A DNA stretch of 55,331 nt from Flexibacter sp. CG_4_10_14_3_um_filter_32_15 (GTDB lineage: Bacteria; Bacteroidota; Bacteroidia; Cytophagales; Bernardetiaceae): NCBI GenBank assembly GCA_002784125.1, contig PFKD01000192.1, forward strand, positions 1-55,331, read 5' to 3'. How positions within the stretch are numbered: position 1 is the first letter of the stretch; each line of letters opens with the position of its first letter. Shown piece after piece: positions 10,987 to 21,649 of this stretch. The notes under the pieces were generated by a model. It did no database searches. It was not told the origin of the DNA and worked only from the letters and a program-made list of their open reading frames with translations. The position numbers and the translations under genes are program-made.

Positions 10987-11919
10987 TTATGAGTTAATCG
11001 TTTTATCAATAATAAATAAAGGTCTTTCTTTTGTTTGTTCAAATATTTTTCCAATATAAATAGCACTAATTCCTATACTAGTAATGATAAGACCAGAAGT
11101 AAACAATATTAAAACTACTAAACTAGCCCACCCACTTTGAAAAGAAGATATAAATGTTCTTATAATTATATAAATACCTCCCAATATAGAAAGTACAGAA
11201 AGTACAAAACCTAACGTAACTGTTAGACGAAGGATTTTATCTGATTGAGACGTTATTCCATCTAAAGCGTGAGTAAGTAATTTGCTAAAGTTGTAAGAAC
11301 TTTTTCCCTCAAAACGTTCTCTGTGTTCGATTTGAATGAATGTATTAGAAAATCCCAACCACCTCAAAATCATTAGATAATGTCTTCTGTAATCTTTATA
11401 ATTTTTAAAGGCTTCTACCACTTTTCTAGATAATAAACTATAAGAGCCTATTTGATTAGAGCTTTTTTGTTCTTTGTTGTCTATGAGCCAATTAAAGACG
11501 TGATTATATAAATTTGCAAAGAAATTTTTAAAAAAAGAATGCTCCCTTTTTTTCTTAACTGTATAAACAATATCAAATCCTTGTTGTGCCTTTTCAAATA
11601 ATTGACTTATATAGATAGGGTCATCTTGCAAATCACAATCCATAACTACTACCCACTCTCCTTGGGAATATTCCAAACCTGCCGTAATAGCATAATGCTG
11701 ACCAAAATTACGACTTAGTTTTATTCCTTTTACTCGTTTATCTTTTTGGCAATTTCTTTCGATAGCTTCCCAAGAATTATCTGGACTTCCATCTTCTACC
11801 AGAATAATCTCAAAATTATCTGTTATTTTAGAAACTTCTTCACTAATTTGTTCAACGAGTTTATCCACTATTTTTTCTGCCCGATAAACTGGACTAACTA
11901 TAGAAATAAGAGGTTGCAT
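10987..11919 (-). CDS. GT2 polyprenol-phosphate glycosyltransferase (GtrB/ArnC-like)
   Basis: SIVSPVY, EDGSPD, LSRNFGQH, MDCDLQD, R..GKSSY, two C-terminal TM helices. Confidence 0.9.
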   Translation of the reverse strand: MQPLISIVSPVYRAEKIVDKLVEQISEEVSKITDNFEIILVEDGSPDNSWEAIERNCQKDKRVKGIKLSRNFGQHYAITAGLEYSQGEWVVVMDCDLQDDPIYISQLFEKAQQGFDIVYTVKKKREHSFFKNFFANLYNHVFNWLIDNKEQKSSNQIGSYSLLSRKVVEAFKNYKDYRRHYLMILRWLGFSNTFIQIEHRERFEGKSSYNFSKLLTHALDGITSQSDKILRLTVTLGFVLSVLSILGGIYIIIRTFISSFQSGWASLVVLILFTSGLIITSIGISAIYIGKIFEQTKERPLFIIDKTINS

Positions 11920-11941
11920 AAATCAGTAAAAAGATGAATAA

Positions 11942-13051
11942 TTATTTAAATAAACTCAAAACAGTTTCCGAGTTTGGAATATCATTAGGTGAATATTTAC
12001 CGACAACAGTTCCTTCATCAAGCATCCAAAGTGCAGGGTTAGAGCGAGCTATCGTTTTGATAACAGTCGCATCGATATAATAAAAAGGAAAATTAATATT
12101 CTGACTAGCTTTAAAAGCATCAATGGCTTGTTGTGTATCAGAAGTAAGAATAGCTACCTTTATGTTGGCATTTTTAGCTGTTACTTCGCTAATCATTTTT
12201 TTAATTTTCTCAAAGGTATCAAAATTTCCTTTTTTTACATTGTGAACTAAGATAAAAATACGTTTTTCAGTCAAAGATTCCTGTGTAAAATCTCCATCGT
12301 CATTCCAAAGACTATAATCTGTAATTTTAGGCTTGCTTTCTGCTTCATTCAAAAGTTTATTACTTACGTATTTATAGGCTGGATCAGTTGGGTATTCCGT
12401 CATTTCAAATTCTTGTCCATCTTTTTCCATAATGTAAAGGTAACGAGGAGGCTCTTCAGATTTCATTTGCTCAGAAATGTTTTTGTCTATTGCATACGCT
12501 CTAAAATCTATTGGAGGCTCAAAATAAATCGCATAAAACGTCAAAAATCCTGTAAGAAGTGTAGTAGAAAGCATCACTACAAAAGTAAAAAAGTTAGATT
12601 TATTGGTCAGTTTTTTAACTTGAACTAGCAGAATACTAATCAAAACTAAAAGCACAACATCTTTTGTAAAGGATTCCCAAGGCTTGAGAGGAAGAAAATC
12701 TCCAAAACAACCACAATCAGTTACTTTATTGAAATACGCCGAATAAAAAGTAAGGAAAGTAAAGAAGGTAATCATCAAAAACAGAAGCCAAACCGTGATT
12801 TTTCGTTTAAAGCCAATCAAAAGTGCTGTTCCCAAGACTACTTCTGAAACCACAAAAATGACAGCTAGAATAGTTGTGTTTTGATTCAGAAAATGAAAAA
12901 GTCCATTTAAAGAAGGCACATCAGTGGCAAAAACCTCAAAGTATTCGCCTAGTTTAATAGCCGTTCCGATAGGGTCAATGGCTTTGACTGCACCCGAAAA
13001 AATAAATAATGCACCTACAATAAAACAAATAATTTGGTTGAGGAATTTCAT
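11942..13051 (-). CDS. BT_3928 family (DoxX/MauE-like + thioredoxin-like) membrane protein
   Basis: FSGAVKAIDP, VTDCGCFGD, RSNP. Confidence 0.8.
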   Translation of the reverse strand: MKFLNQIICFIVGALFIFSGAVKAIDPIGTAIKLGEYFEVFATDVPSLNGLFHFLNQNTTILAVIFVVSEVVLGTALLIGFKRKITVWLLFLMITFFTFLTFYSAYFNKVTDCGCFGDFLPLKPWESFTKDVVLLVLISILLVQVKKLTNKSNFFTFVVMLSTTLLTGFLTFYAIYFEPPIDFRAYAIDKNISEQMKSEEPPRYLYIMEKDGQEFEMTEYPTDPAYKYVSNKLLNEAESKPKITDYSLWNDDGDFTQESLTEKRIFILVHNVKKGNFDTFEKIKKMISEVTAKNANIKVAILTSDTQQAIDAFKASQNINFPFYYIDATVIKTIARSNPALWMLDEGTVVGKYSPNDIPNSETVLSLFK

Positions 13052-13129
13052 AGCGTTTATTTATTATATATCACTTGTTGGAACACAAGCAATGGTAAAG
13101 TCAATTTTATTGTTTTTGTAATTTTTTAT

Positions 13130-13717
13130 CTAGTTTTGGTCTTGCGCAGTTGCTTTACTATTTGATTGATTTTGGTTTTGTTCCATCATCAAAATAAGCG
13201 CAAAAACAGAGTAATTTATCATATCTTTATAGCCGGCATCAATGCCTTCTGAAACCAACGTTTTGCCTTGGTTATCTTCAATGCGTTTGATACGAAGCAA
13301 TTTCATCAAAATAATATCCGTAATACTCGTAATTCGCATGACACGCCAAGCCTCTCCGTAATCGTGATTTTTACGGTTCAAGAGTTGCTGCGAAACCTCC
13401 GAATGTTTTTGGTAATATTCTGTTACTTCTCTAAGAGGAAGCTCCAAACGCTCATCATTTCGAAGCTGAATCTGAATCAAAGCCATCAACGAATAATTTA
13501 TTATCCCAATAAACTCCGATGCAATATCGTCGCCTACCATTTGCGAACCTTTATCTTGAATGGTTCTGATGCGTTGAGCTTTGATATAAATTTGGTCTGT
13601 GATACTTGGAAGACGCAAAATACGCCACGAAGTACCATAGTCTTTATTTTTTTGGTCGAATAGTTGCCTACACGTAACCATTATTTGGCGATATTGAGCT
13701 AGTGTTTTGTCGGTCAA
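13130..13717 (-). CDS. DUF1599 domain protein (two repeats)
   Basis: KNKDYGTSWR and KNHDYGEAWR duplicated motif; TTG start. Confidence 0.82.
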   Translation of the reverse strand: MTDKTLAQYRQIMVTCRQLFDQKNKDYGTSWRILRLPSITDQIYIKAQRIRTIQDKGSQMVGDDIASEFIGIINYSLMALIQIQLRNDERLELPLREVTEYYQKHSEVSQQLLNRKNHDYGEAWRVMRITSITDIILMKLLRIKRIEDNQGKTLVSEGIDAGYKDMINYSVFALILMMEQNQNQSNSKATAQDQN

Positions 13718-13912
13718 GGCGTTTTATTTTTTTGATAAAAATGATTTTTACTCTACAAAAATACAAAAATAAACTTCTTTATACCAACGCTGCAAAAATA
13801 ACAATACACATTTTGAAATAGAATATTTTGTTCTGCAAATTGTAAAGCTAAGATAAAATGATTAGTTTTTGAATACAAAGCTAATATAAAGCAAATAAAA
13901 CGTATTCTAAAA

Positions 13913-14971
13913 ATGGAAAACAAACTCAATTTTGATTTCAAGACCAATCAACTCATTATTAAAAAAATAGCTTTTATTGATTCTTTCAAAGGAAAATGGA
14001 AAGGGTTGGAAGTGGCTGAATCGATTTATTTAAAGGAATTAAAACAAATTGCGACCATAGAAAGCATTGGTTCGTCCACTAGAATAGAAGGCTCTACACT
14101 AACCAATGAAGAAGTCAAAAAGTTACTTCAATCAGTAAAAATAAGTTCACTCAAATCAAGAGATGAACAAGAAGTTTTTGGTTATTATGAAGTCTTAAAT
14201 TTGATAGTAGAAGAATTCGAACAAATCATTCTTCAAGAAAATGAGGTACATTATCTTCATAAATTACTTCTAAAAACGAGTACAAAAGATGACAGACATA
14301 GAGGGAGTTATAAAATGCTATCCAATAAAGTAGTCGCTAAATCTCCACAGGGTTCTGAAAGAGTGATTTTTGAAACTACATCTCCCTTTTTGGTAAAAGA
14401 AGAAATGAAAAATTTGTTTGAATGGACAAATTCTAACTTTGAAAAAAACGAACTACATCCGTTGATTGTGATAGCTATCTTTGTTTATGAATTTTTATCT
14501 ATTCACCCTTATCAAGACGGAAATGGCAGACTTTCAAGGCTACTCACTACATTACTATTACTCAAAAATAAATATGATTTTATGCACTATGCTTCTATGG
14601 AAATCGAAATAGAAAAGCGAAAAAAGGAGTATTACCAAGCTTTGATAAGTGGACAAAAGAATAGAAATACAGACAAAGAAATTGTAAATGAATGGCTCAT
14701 ATTTTTCCTAGATACCTTAGAAAAAACAATACAAGTACTAGAATACAGATTCGAACAAATTAAAGACAAGACAACTTATTTGAATGAAAGACAAAAAAAG
14801 TTGTTTAAATTTATTGAAGAAAATGAACCTGTCAAGATACAAGACATTGCAATAGCTTTAGCAGAATATACTATCTATGTTTTGAGAAAAGATATTGGTC
14901 ATCTCCAAAAAGAAGGTTTAATCAAAAAAATAGGCAAATCAAGAGCAACCATTTATGTGTTGAATGACTAA
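13913..14971 (+). CDS. Fic family protein with C-terminal HTH
   Basis: HPYQDGNGRLSR catalytic motif; N-terminal SSTRIEG inhibitory motif. Confidence 0.9.
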   Translation: MENKLNFDFKTNQLIIKKIAFIDSFKGKWKGLEVAESIYLKELKQIATIESIGSSTRIEGSTLTNEEVKKLLQSVKISSLKSRDEQEVFGYYEVLNLIVEEFEQIILQENEVHYLHKLLLKTSTKDDRHRGSYKMLSNKVVAKSPQGSERVIFETTSPFLVKEEMKNLFEWTNSNFEKNELHPLIVIAIFVYEFLSIHPYQDGNGRLSRLLTTLLLLKNKYDFMHYASMEIEIEKRKKEYYQALISGQKNRNTDKEIVNEWLIFFLDTLEKTIQVLEYRFEQIKDKTTYLNERQKKLFKFIEENEPVKIQDIAIALAEYTIYVLRKDIGHLQKEGLIKKIGKSRATIYVLND

Positions 14972-14989
14972 AATTAAGATTAGATTTTG

Positions 14990-16243
14990 TTATCTTTTCA
15001 CTCTACAAGAAAGCAGCGTAATATCATCTGGATACGGATTATTTCCCTTAAAAAGATGAAGTTTATCAAATAATCGTTCGTGTAGCTCTTGGTGAGAATG
15101 GTCAAAATTTTCTTTTACTCCTGCTAATAAATTCTCTTCTCCAAACTCTTCGCCGTCTTCGGCAGCCGTTTCGGTAAAACCATCTGTATAACAGAAAATT
15201 AAGAAATCATCAAGCTCATTTATAGTTGCTACACTCAAAAAAGGCAGTTTGTCAAATGTTCCTAAAATGGTCGTTCCTTCCTCCAAATACTGAGTTTGAT
15301 GTGCATTGAGCATCAAAATAGGCGAATTATGCCCTGCATTGATATAAATTGCTGATTTTTGTCTTTTATTATACAAGAAAAAGAAAGCCGTAATAAAATG
15401 TCCACCACCCGAGTTTTGGATAATCAAGTGATTGAGTTCTTCTACAATTTTCTTTAAGTCTGTCGTTTGGCGAGCCATGGTACGGAGCGCAGCTTGAAAA
15501 TTTGACATCAGAATGGCAGCAGGAAAACCTTTTCCAGAAACATCGGCTACACAAAGCAAAAATTCATTTTTATTGATTTGAATATAATCGTAATAATCTC
15601 CTCCTACGTTGTGGTGAGGATAATAACTTGCCACAACACTAAACTTATCTTCATTAGGCAAATGCTTTGGCAAAAGTAATGCTTGTACCTCACTTGCAAT
15701 TTCTAACTGACGATTAAAAGTCTCTTGAATTTTTTGTTTTCTAGCTAGTTTTTTATTCTCTACAGCAACAATAATAATATCGCTAAGTGCTTGAATAAAA
15801 GGTAAATCCAAATCTTCTTCTTCCAATGAATCATGCGCCCTTCCTAAAAAAAGATACGCCAAAACATGGTCTTTGTGATGAATCGGAATCAAAAAACAAA
15901 ATTCATTGAAAGGAGCTAAATGATTAAATTCAGTTGTAGGAGAAACTTTATGAATTTCTAAAATTTCGTTGGGCAAAACTACATCTCTATAATTACCTAA
16001 AGTGCCAAAACCTTCTTTATTAAACCATTTATTTCTACTTGCATCTACTTCTGTATCTTCATCTAAGACGTACAAAGTCATCTTCGAAATATGAGGATAA
16101 GAACGAAGCGTAAACATAAAAGTACGGTACAAATCCTGTTCTGAAATATTGCCGTTTATTGATTTTATAATATCGATAAGTGAATCCAACTCAATTTTTT
16201 TGAGTTCTAATTCATCTAATGCTTCTGTTGCTTTTTCTGACAT
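14990..16243 (-). CDS. SpoIIE/PP2C phosphatase with GAF-like N-terminus (RsbU-like)
   Basis: VGGDYYD, ADVSGKG, NAGH, YTDG, DDITL. Confidence 0.88.
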   Translation of the reverse strand: MSEKATEALDELELKKIELDSLIDIIKSINGNISEQDLYRTFMFTLRSYPHISKMTLYVLDEDTEVDASRNKWFNKEGFGTLGNYRDVVLPNEILEIHKVSPTTEFNHLAPFNEFCFLIPIHHKDHVLAYLFLGRAHDSLEEEDLDLPFIQALSDIIIVAVENKKLARKQKIQETFNRQLEIASEVQALLLPKHLPNEDKFSVVASYYPHHNVGGDYYDYIQINKNEFLLCVADVSGKGFPAAILMSNFQAALRTMARQTTDLKKIVEELNHLIIQNSGGGHFITAFFFLYNKRQKSAIYINAGHNSPILMLNAHQTQYLEEGTTILGTFDKLPFLSVATINELDDFLIFCYTDGFTETAAEDGEEFGEENLLAGVKENFDHSHQELHERLFDKLHLFKGNNPYPDDITLLSCRVKR

Positions 16244-16415
16244 ATATATTCAAAAAGAGTAATTTTACTCTCTATTTTTTTAGAATTTATCTTGATACTA
16301 AGGGTATTTGTTAGGCAATTTACAAAAAAGGAATGTATTTTACAGCATTGTTTTGTCTATTGTTTTGATAAGTCAATTTTTGCATTGTTTTCTGTAAAAT
16401 TTCCTATTCAATTTT

Positions 16416-17591
16416 ATGTTTTCTACCCTCTTCTTATTAAAGTTATTCAAAAAATCAGATTCTAATTCAAAACTTCGTTTTCTAATTGGATTTTTTGTTG
16501 TACTTATTTTTCAGATTTGGAGTACTTGGAAAGGAGAAGGAGTAGCAAAAACACACGATTCATTTCAATACCTCAAAACGGCTGAAAATTTAATTTTACA
16601 CTATGATTTTATCCAAACTGATGCTCAACCTTACATTGTTTGGGCATTGGGTTTTCCTTTTTTACTAATTCTTTTTAAGGATTCTGTTTTTTTCAATCTG
16701 ATTTGTATTCTAGGGATTTATGTGTTGTATTTTGATTTAATTGAAAAATTATTTCAAAAATCGCTTACAAAATGGTGGCTTATTTTAGCTTTTGTTTCTG
16801 CAACTCCTCTTTATCTGATTCATCATTTTGTATGGTCAGAACCTCCGTTTTTATTTTTTTTGATGGGAAGTAGTTGGGCATTTTATTATTTAATTGATAA
16901 TAAAAAACGGTGGTTATTTTATCTTTTTGGGTTTCTTTTCTGTGCAATGCGAAATGCAGGACTTTATTTTGTAATTGGAACAAATACTGGAATGATTCTT
17001 TTTTATATTCTTCCGTTTTATTTTAACTCTGAACAAAAAAACATAAAACTATTCTATCAAAATCCGTATTTCAAACCTCTAGTTTATTTTTCATTTTCTT
17101 CTCTTCTACCCATTTTTTTATGGTGGCTTCACGCCAAAATCAAGACAAAAGGACATTTTGATACTCTCTATAATCTTGCTTTACGAACATTCTTAGAAGA
17201 ATGTCTGAATTATGGAGATATTCTGAGTCGTTGGCTTTTTCCTCCTTCTATTACTTTAGAAATTCGGATTGCTATTCTTTCAATAGTAATGATTTTATTT
17301 CTGATTTATTTTATAAAAATAATAAAATTAGAAACTGACAAAAGCTCAAAATTTATTCTTTTTATTTTTTGGATAACCTTTGTTTACCTAGTTGGAATGC
17401 TTTTGAGCCGAGCAGGAATGAAAATAGATGCAGAACGTTTTTTGGCAATTATTTATCCTTTTCTGTGTATTTTGATAGGATTTTTTTTGGATAGAATACA
17501 AGTTAATCATTATTTAAAATATGGGATTACTTTTTTAGGGCTTATTTATCCTTTTTTAAGAACATTAAAAAATATTATTTTTTGGAATTAA
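16416..17591 (+). CDS. Polytopic membrane protein, GT-C/PMT-like glycosyltransferase
   Basis: About 10 TM segments; THDSFQY after first helix, WSEP, RNAG, ERF. Confidence 0.55.
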   Translation: MFSTLFLLKLFKKSDSNSKLRFLIGFFVVLIFQIWSTWKGEGVAKTHDSFQYLKTAENLILHYDFIQTDAQPYIVWALGFPFLLILFKDSVFFNLICILGIYVLYFDLIEKLFQKSLTKWWLILAFVSATPLYLIHHFVWSEPPFLFFLMGSSWAFYYLIDNKKRWLFYLFGFLFCAMRNAGLYFVIGTNTGMILFYILPFYFNSEQKNIKLFYQNPYFKPLVYFSFSSLLPIFLWWLHAKIKTKGHFDTLYNLALRTFLEECLNYGDILSRWLFPPSITLEIRIAILSIVMILFLIYFIKIIKLETDKSSKFILFIFWITFVYLVGMLLSRAGMKIDAERFLAIIYPFLCILIGFFLDRIQVNHYLKYGITFLGLIYPFLRTLKNIIFWN

Positions 17592-17924
17592 GTTTTTGTA
17601 TAACAAAACAAGAATTATAACTGATTTTAGGCAACTTATAGAGCTTGTATAGCGTACCTATTAGTAACTTCCTTTCCAAATTTAGTTATAAAAAAATCAA
17701 ATTCAGAATTCGTTTTTGAAAAAAAATCGCTATATTAAGTAGTATTTTATTGTATCAGACAAAACACGAATAAAAAAATAAACTATCAGAAAACAAAACT
17801 CCTAAAAAAACTATTGAATTTAGAAGTATTCTTAGGATAAAATAAGTCCCTTTCCTTTAAAATTGCCCTAGAAAAGCCATATTAATGTGTCAGTAATAAA
17901 AACTAGGCTAAGAAAATATATAAT

Positions 17925-19241
17925 ATGAAAGATTTTATACCTTCTCACAGAAATGAGAGAGAACCTTATATTCCAGATTATAATTCGCCTTATACATCTA
18001 CTTATTCGAAAGATGCTGTATATGAGTTAGATACGATGCGACCAATGAGTAATATTTTTATAGGAAAGCTCATCATGGGGCTTACCTTTGCGTACAGTAT
18101 GATTTGGATGCCTCTTTTTTTTAAGATTTTATTGTGTTTTGTGGCTGTTTCTATTCTAATTCCTTTGGTAAAAGAATATTGGACAAAGCAAATAAAATCT
18201 ATCCGTCTGACAAATAAATATTTAGAAATTAGAAGAGGCGCAAATAATGATTCTGTACGAGTGGACTTGAAAGACATCAAAAAAATAGAACTTATCGAAA
18301 GACAAAGACATCGCAGATACAGAAGACGAAGAGGTGAAGTGGCAACTATTCTTTTCGAACGTCCGAATGCACATACACAAGATTTTCATCCCGAAACAAA
18401 ATGTGTGGTTACAGATGCACGAGGAAACCGAATTGAAATAGAATATCGTTTCTTTTTGGAAGGCGATTTTGAGGAGTTTTTGGGGGTTTTGGAAGACACC
18501 TATTCAAGAATTTATAACAAACATATCAAGACAAAAGACAACGATAAAAAAATTGCACCTATTTCTTTTCAAGAAGCAGGTAAAACAAAAGAAAACCCTG
18601 TTCGGAAAGAACAAAACAAACAACCTTATGACGAGAACATTGCAAGATTAGATGATTTGATTGCTAAAAATAATTCGATGTTAGAAAATGGAACTGCTCT
18701 CACTAAAAAGTTAGAGGAAAGTTTGGAAGAGGTTTACAAATCTATTTATTATGTCAGAAGTGCCTTTGATATTGCCAAATTACCTAACGCAATTATTATT
18801 TATGAATTTAAGAATGCTAATAATCTGACTTCTTTTATTTTAGAAGATGATTTTTATAAAGAATTGGATGAAGAAAATATAGAAATGGGTTTACAGCTTA
18901 TCCAAACAGCTCAAAAGAATATTAAGGTCGCTCAAATGCGAAACAATAGTTTCAAAAAAATCAATAAACGTTTGAGAAATATCAAGTTTCAAAAAGAACG
19001 CCGTTTGCAATTACAAGGAATTATGCACCGTCTGAATGACTTGCAAGAACAAAATACAAGTCAAGATATAGAACAAAGCACAAACCCAATTCAGTCAGAA
19101 GAAGATATAGACTTACATTTATTAGATGAACTAGAAGATTTGTCGTATCAAGTAGATTCTGCTGATGACCTTCAAAAAGCAATGTCTTTGAATGAACATA
19201 TTTCGCTTTTTGATGAGCCGAATAATACAGGTAGAATTTAG
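17925..19241 (+). CDS. Hypothetical membrane-anchored protein with coiled-coil C-terminus
   Basis: 438-aa ORF with two N-terminal TM helices. Confidence 0.6.
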   Translation: MKDFIPSHRNEREPYIPDYNSPYTSTYSKDAVYELDTMRPMSNIFIGKLIMGLTFAYSMIWMPLFFKILLCFVAVSILIPLVKEYWTKQIKSIRLTNKYLEIRRGANNDSVRVDLKDIKKIELIERQRHRRYRRRRGEVATILFERPNAHTQDFHPETKCVVTDARGNRIEIEYRFFLEGDFEEFLGVLEDTYSRIYNKHIKTKDNDKKIAPISFQEAGKTKENPVRKEQNKQPYDENIARLDDLIAKNNSMLENGTALTKKLEESLEEVYKSIYYVRSAFDIAKLPNAIIIYEFKNANNLTSFILEDDFYKELDEENIEMGLQLIQTAQKNIKVAQMRNNSFKKINKRLRNIKFQKERRLQLQGIMHRLNDLQEQNTSQDIEQSTNPIQSEEDIDLHLLDELEDLSYQVDSADDLQKAMSLNEHISLFDEPNNTGRI

Positions 19242-19301
19242 AACTCAGAAGTTAGAATTGAAAATCAGTATAATTGATTAAATTCTAAATTCTAAATTCT
19301 A
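19232..19301. repeat. Inverted heptamer arrays (TAGAATT-like / AATTCTA)
   Basis: 4 degenerate units facing 3 complementary units between convergent genes. Confidence 0.6.
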
Positions 19302-19310
19302 AATTTATTT

Positions 19311-20651
19311 TTACTCCTCCACTCTAATCTCCTGCACTTTTTGAAGTTGCTTTTCAATGGCACGAGAACGAACATTGGCTTGGTCTAATGTATTACTAGC
19401 TTCTCCTAGTTTTTTCTGTATTTTTTCTAAAGCGTTTCCAAAATTAGAAAATTCATTTTTTATGCTTCCCAAAAGCTGCCACACTTCACTACTTCGCTGC
19501 TCAATCGCTAAAGTACGGAATCCCATTTGCAGACTGTTTAGAATAGCTGAAAGCGTTGTCGGACTGGTAATGGTAACTTTATAATCTCGCTGAACCTGCT
19601 CAAAAAGTCCGTCGCAGCGCATCACCTCAGCATACAAACTCTCAAAAGGCAAAAACATAATTGCAAAATCAGTGGTGTGAGGAGGAACAATATATTTTTG
19701 TTGAATGTCTTTTGCAGATGATTTTATTCTATTTATCATCAATTTTCTTTTTTCTTCTATTAGTTTTGGTTCGGCTTGGTCGTAAGCATCCATCAGAGAA
19801 TGATAATCTTCAACAGGAAATTTGGCATCAATCGGAATCAAAACGACTTGACTTTTATCTTTTGCATGTGGAATCTTCAAAACAAACTCTACAATGGCAT
19901 TGCTATTTGGGTTTGGTTTTACATTTTTGGCGTACTGTTCGTTACTCAAAATTTGCTCTAAAATAGCTTCTAATTGAAATTCTCCAAAAATACCTCTTGT
20001 TTTTACGTTATTCAAAATCTTTTTCAAATCGCCTACACCGTTTGCTAGTTGTTGCATTTCTCCTAATCCTTTATGGACAAGCTCTAGCCTTTCACTCACA
20101 ATTTTAAATGATTCTCCCAAACGTTTTTCTAAAGTAGATTGTAGTTTTTCATCTACTACATTTTTTATTTCGTCTAACTTTTGTGTATTTTGAGTTTGTA
20201 ATTCATTTACTTTGAATGCTAACGTTTTTCTGATATTCTCTAAATTTGAAGTCGTTGTTTCATTGATTTTACTTTCAAACTGCAAAATTGTTTGTAGTGA
20301 TTCTTGTCTATTGCTATCTAATTGCGTTTTGAAATGACGAAAAGCCTCTGCAATTTGGCGAATCGTTTTTTCTAATTGGTCTTGATTTTTTTCTGAAACC
20401 TGTGATAAAGTTTCTCTAAACTGCTCAAAAGTTTGGTTACTTTCTGTACGATTTTCTTTTGACTGTTGGGCAAGTTCTTGACGATTGAAAACAAATTGTT
20501 GTTCTATTTTTTGTAAATCTCGTTCTATAAATTGAAGATTTTCGACGAGTTTGTTTCCGTTTGTATTCTCCTTATTTTGTATCAGTTTTATTAATAAGAA
20601 AATTATAATTCCTATTCCTATCAAGATTATCCAAAGTAGAGCATTTTCCAT
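19311..20651 (-). CDS. rmuC: DNA recombination protein RmuC
   Basis: NVKTRGIFGEFQL, IDAKFP, TTDFAIMFLP. Confidence 0.92.
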   Translation of the reverse strand: MENALLWIILIGIGIIIFLLIKLIQNKENTNGNKLVENLQFIERDLQKIEQQFVFNRQELAQQSKENRTESNQTFEQFRETLSQVSEKNQDQLEKTIRQIAEAFRHFKTQLDSNRQESLQTILQFESKINETTTSNLENIRKTLAFKVNELQTQNTQKLDEIKNVVDEKLQSTLEKRLGESFKIVSERLELVHKGLGEMQQLANGVGDLKKILNNVKTRGIFGEFQLEAILEQILSNEQYAKNVKPNPNSNAIVEFVLKIPHAKDKSQVVLIPIDAKFPVEDYHSLMDAYDQAEPKLIEEKRKLMINRIKSSAKDIQQKYIVPPHTTDFAIMFLPFESLYAEVMRCDGLFEQVQRDYKVTITSPTTLSAILNSLQMGFRTLAIEQRSSEVWQLLGSIKNEFSNFGNALEKIQKKLGEASNTLDQANVRSRAIEKQLQKVQEIRVEE

Positions 20652-20670
20652 ATTCTCTTAAACTATTTTT

Positions 20671-20748
20671 CGAAAGCTAAAGCATTCGGTACATTTTCGC
20701 AGCCTAAAGGCTACGCTACATAATTTCGCACCTTAAAAGGTACGCTAC
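20671..20748 (-). repeat. Three tandem REP-like palindromes
   Basis: Minus strand: GTAGCGTACC-TTTTA-AGGTGCG, GTAGCGTAGCC-TTTA-GGCTGCG, GTACCGAATGC-TTTA-GCTTTCG. Confidence 0.75.
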
Positions 20749-20815
20749 ATTTATTTTTTGCTAAAATACATATTTTATTGCTCATTTTATTAGATTACTT
20801 TGCTGTTTTTCAAAA

Positions 20816-21565
20816 TCAATAAACTACTTTTACATTCCCTAGAAAAATAGTTCCGTGTAAAGTAATCGTAAAAGCTATAGATTCAGGTTGAAGTTGGTCT
20901 GTTCCTAAAAATTTATTGATTTGTCCCAAAAAACCTTTTCGTTTGTCTTTTATTGAATATTCTCCTAAAATTACTTGTGTATTTTTATGAACAACTCCAC
21001 CACGAGGAATATAAATTTTGATTTCATTGAGCGCACCTTTTATAAAAATATCAACGTGTTTTCCTGCTAAATCTTGATTTCTCAAATCTAATGTAGTATT
21101 GCTAAAAACACTATCGACATCGATTCTAAAACGATTTCCTTCAAAACGACAATTTCTAAAATCTACTTTTTGCGTTCCAAAAACAGCTTGAAAATGAACG
21201 GATTTTTCTGTTAAGACAGAAACTAATTCTTTGTCAGTAGTAAAAATAGCTTTCGAACTTCTTGCAGGAAAAAGATTGGAAAGAGCATCGGAATTAGAAC
21301 AAGTAATTGGTTTAGTAGAAGACGAAAAAGCAGCAGGAGGAAAATCTGATTTTTGTGTTGTGATAGAAGTTGGAAATAATTGATTCTTTATTTCTTTAGG
21401 AAAATCAAAAACTACCAATTCTAAATCTTCAATACATTTTGCATTTAGAGCTTCTTTTACTCGGTTTTCGTACTCTTCGTCATCTAAATTTTGCTCGGCA
21501 AACGCCGTATTCAAAACGTCTATAAGTTCTTCTCGCTTGGCAGGTAATCCGTAGGTAGTCTTCAT
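20816..21565 (-). CDS. DUF1707 (SHOCT-like) + LiaF/DUF2154-like domain protein
   Basis: REELIDVLNTAFAEQNLDDEEYENR N-terminus; FG..KVDFR repeats. Confidence 0.65.
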   Translation of the reverse strand: MKTTYGLPAKREELIDVLNTAFAEQNLDDEEYENRVKEALNAKCIEDLELVVFDFPKEIKNQLFPTSITTQKSDFPPAAFSSSTKPITCSNSDALSNLFPARSSKAIFTTDKELVSVLTEKSVHFQAVFGTQKVDFRNCRFEGNRFRIDVDSVFSNTTLDLRNQDLAGKHVDIFIKGALNEIKIYIPRGGVVHKNTQVILGEYSIKDKRKGFLGQINKFLGTDQLQPESIAFTITLHGTIFLGNVKVVY

Positions 21566-21649
21566 AGTTTTTTATGAAATAGTAGAATCAGACTGCAAAT
21601 TACTTTTTCTATTCTAAAAAGCAAACTGGTGTTAGTATTTGAAGCCGTT

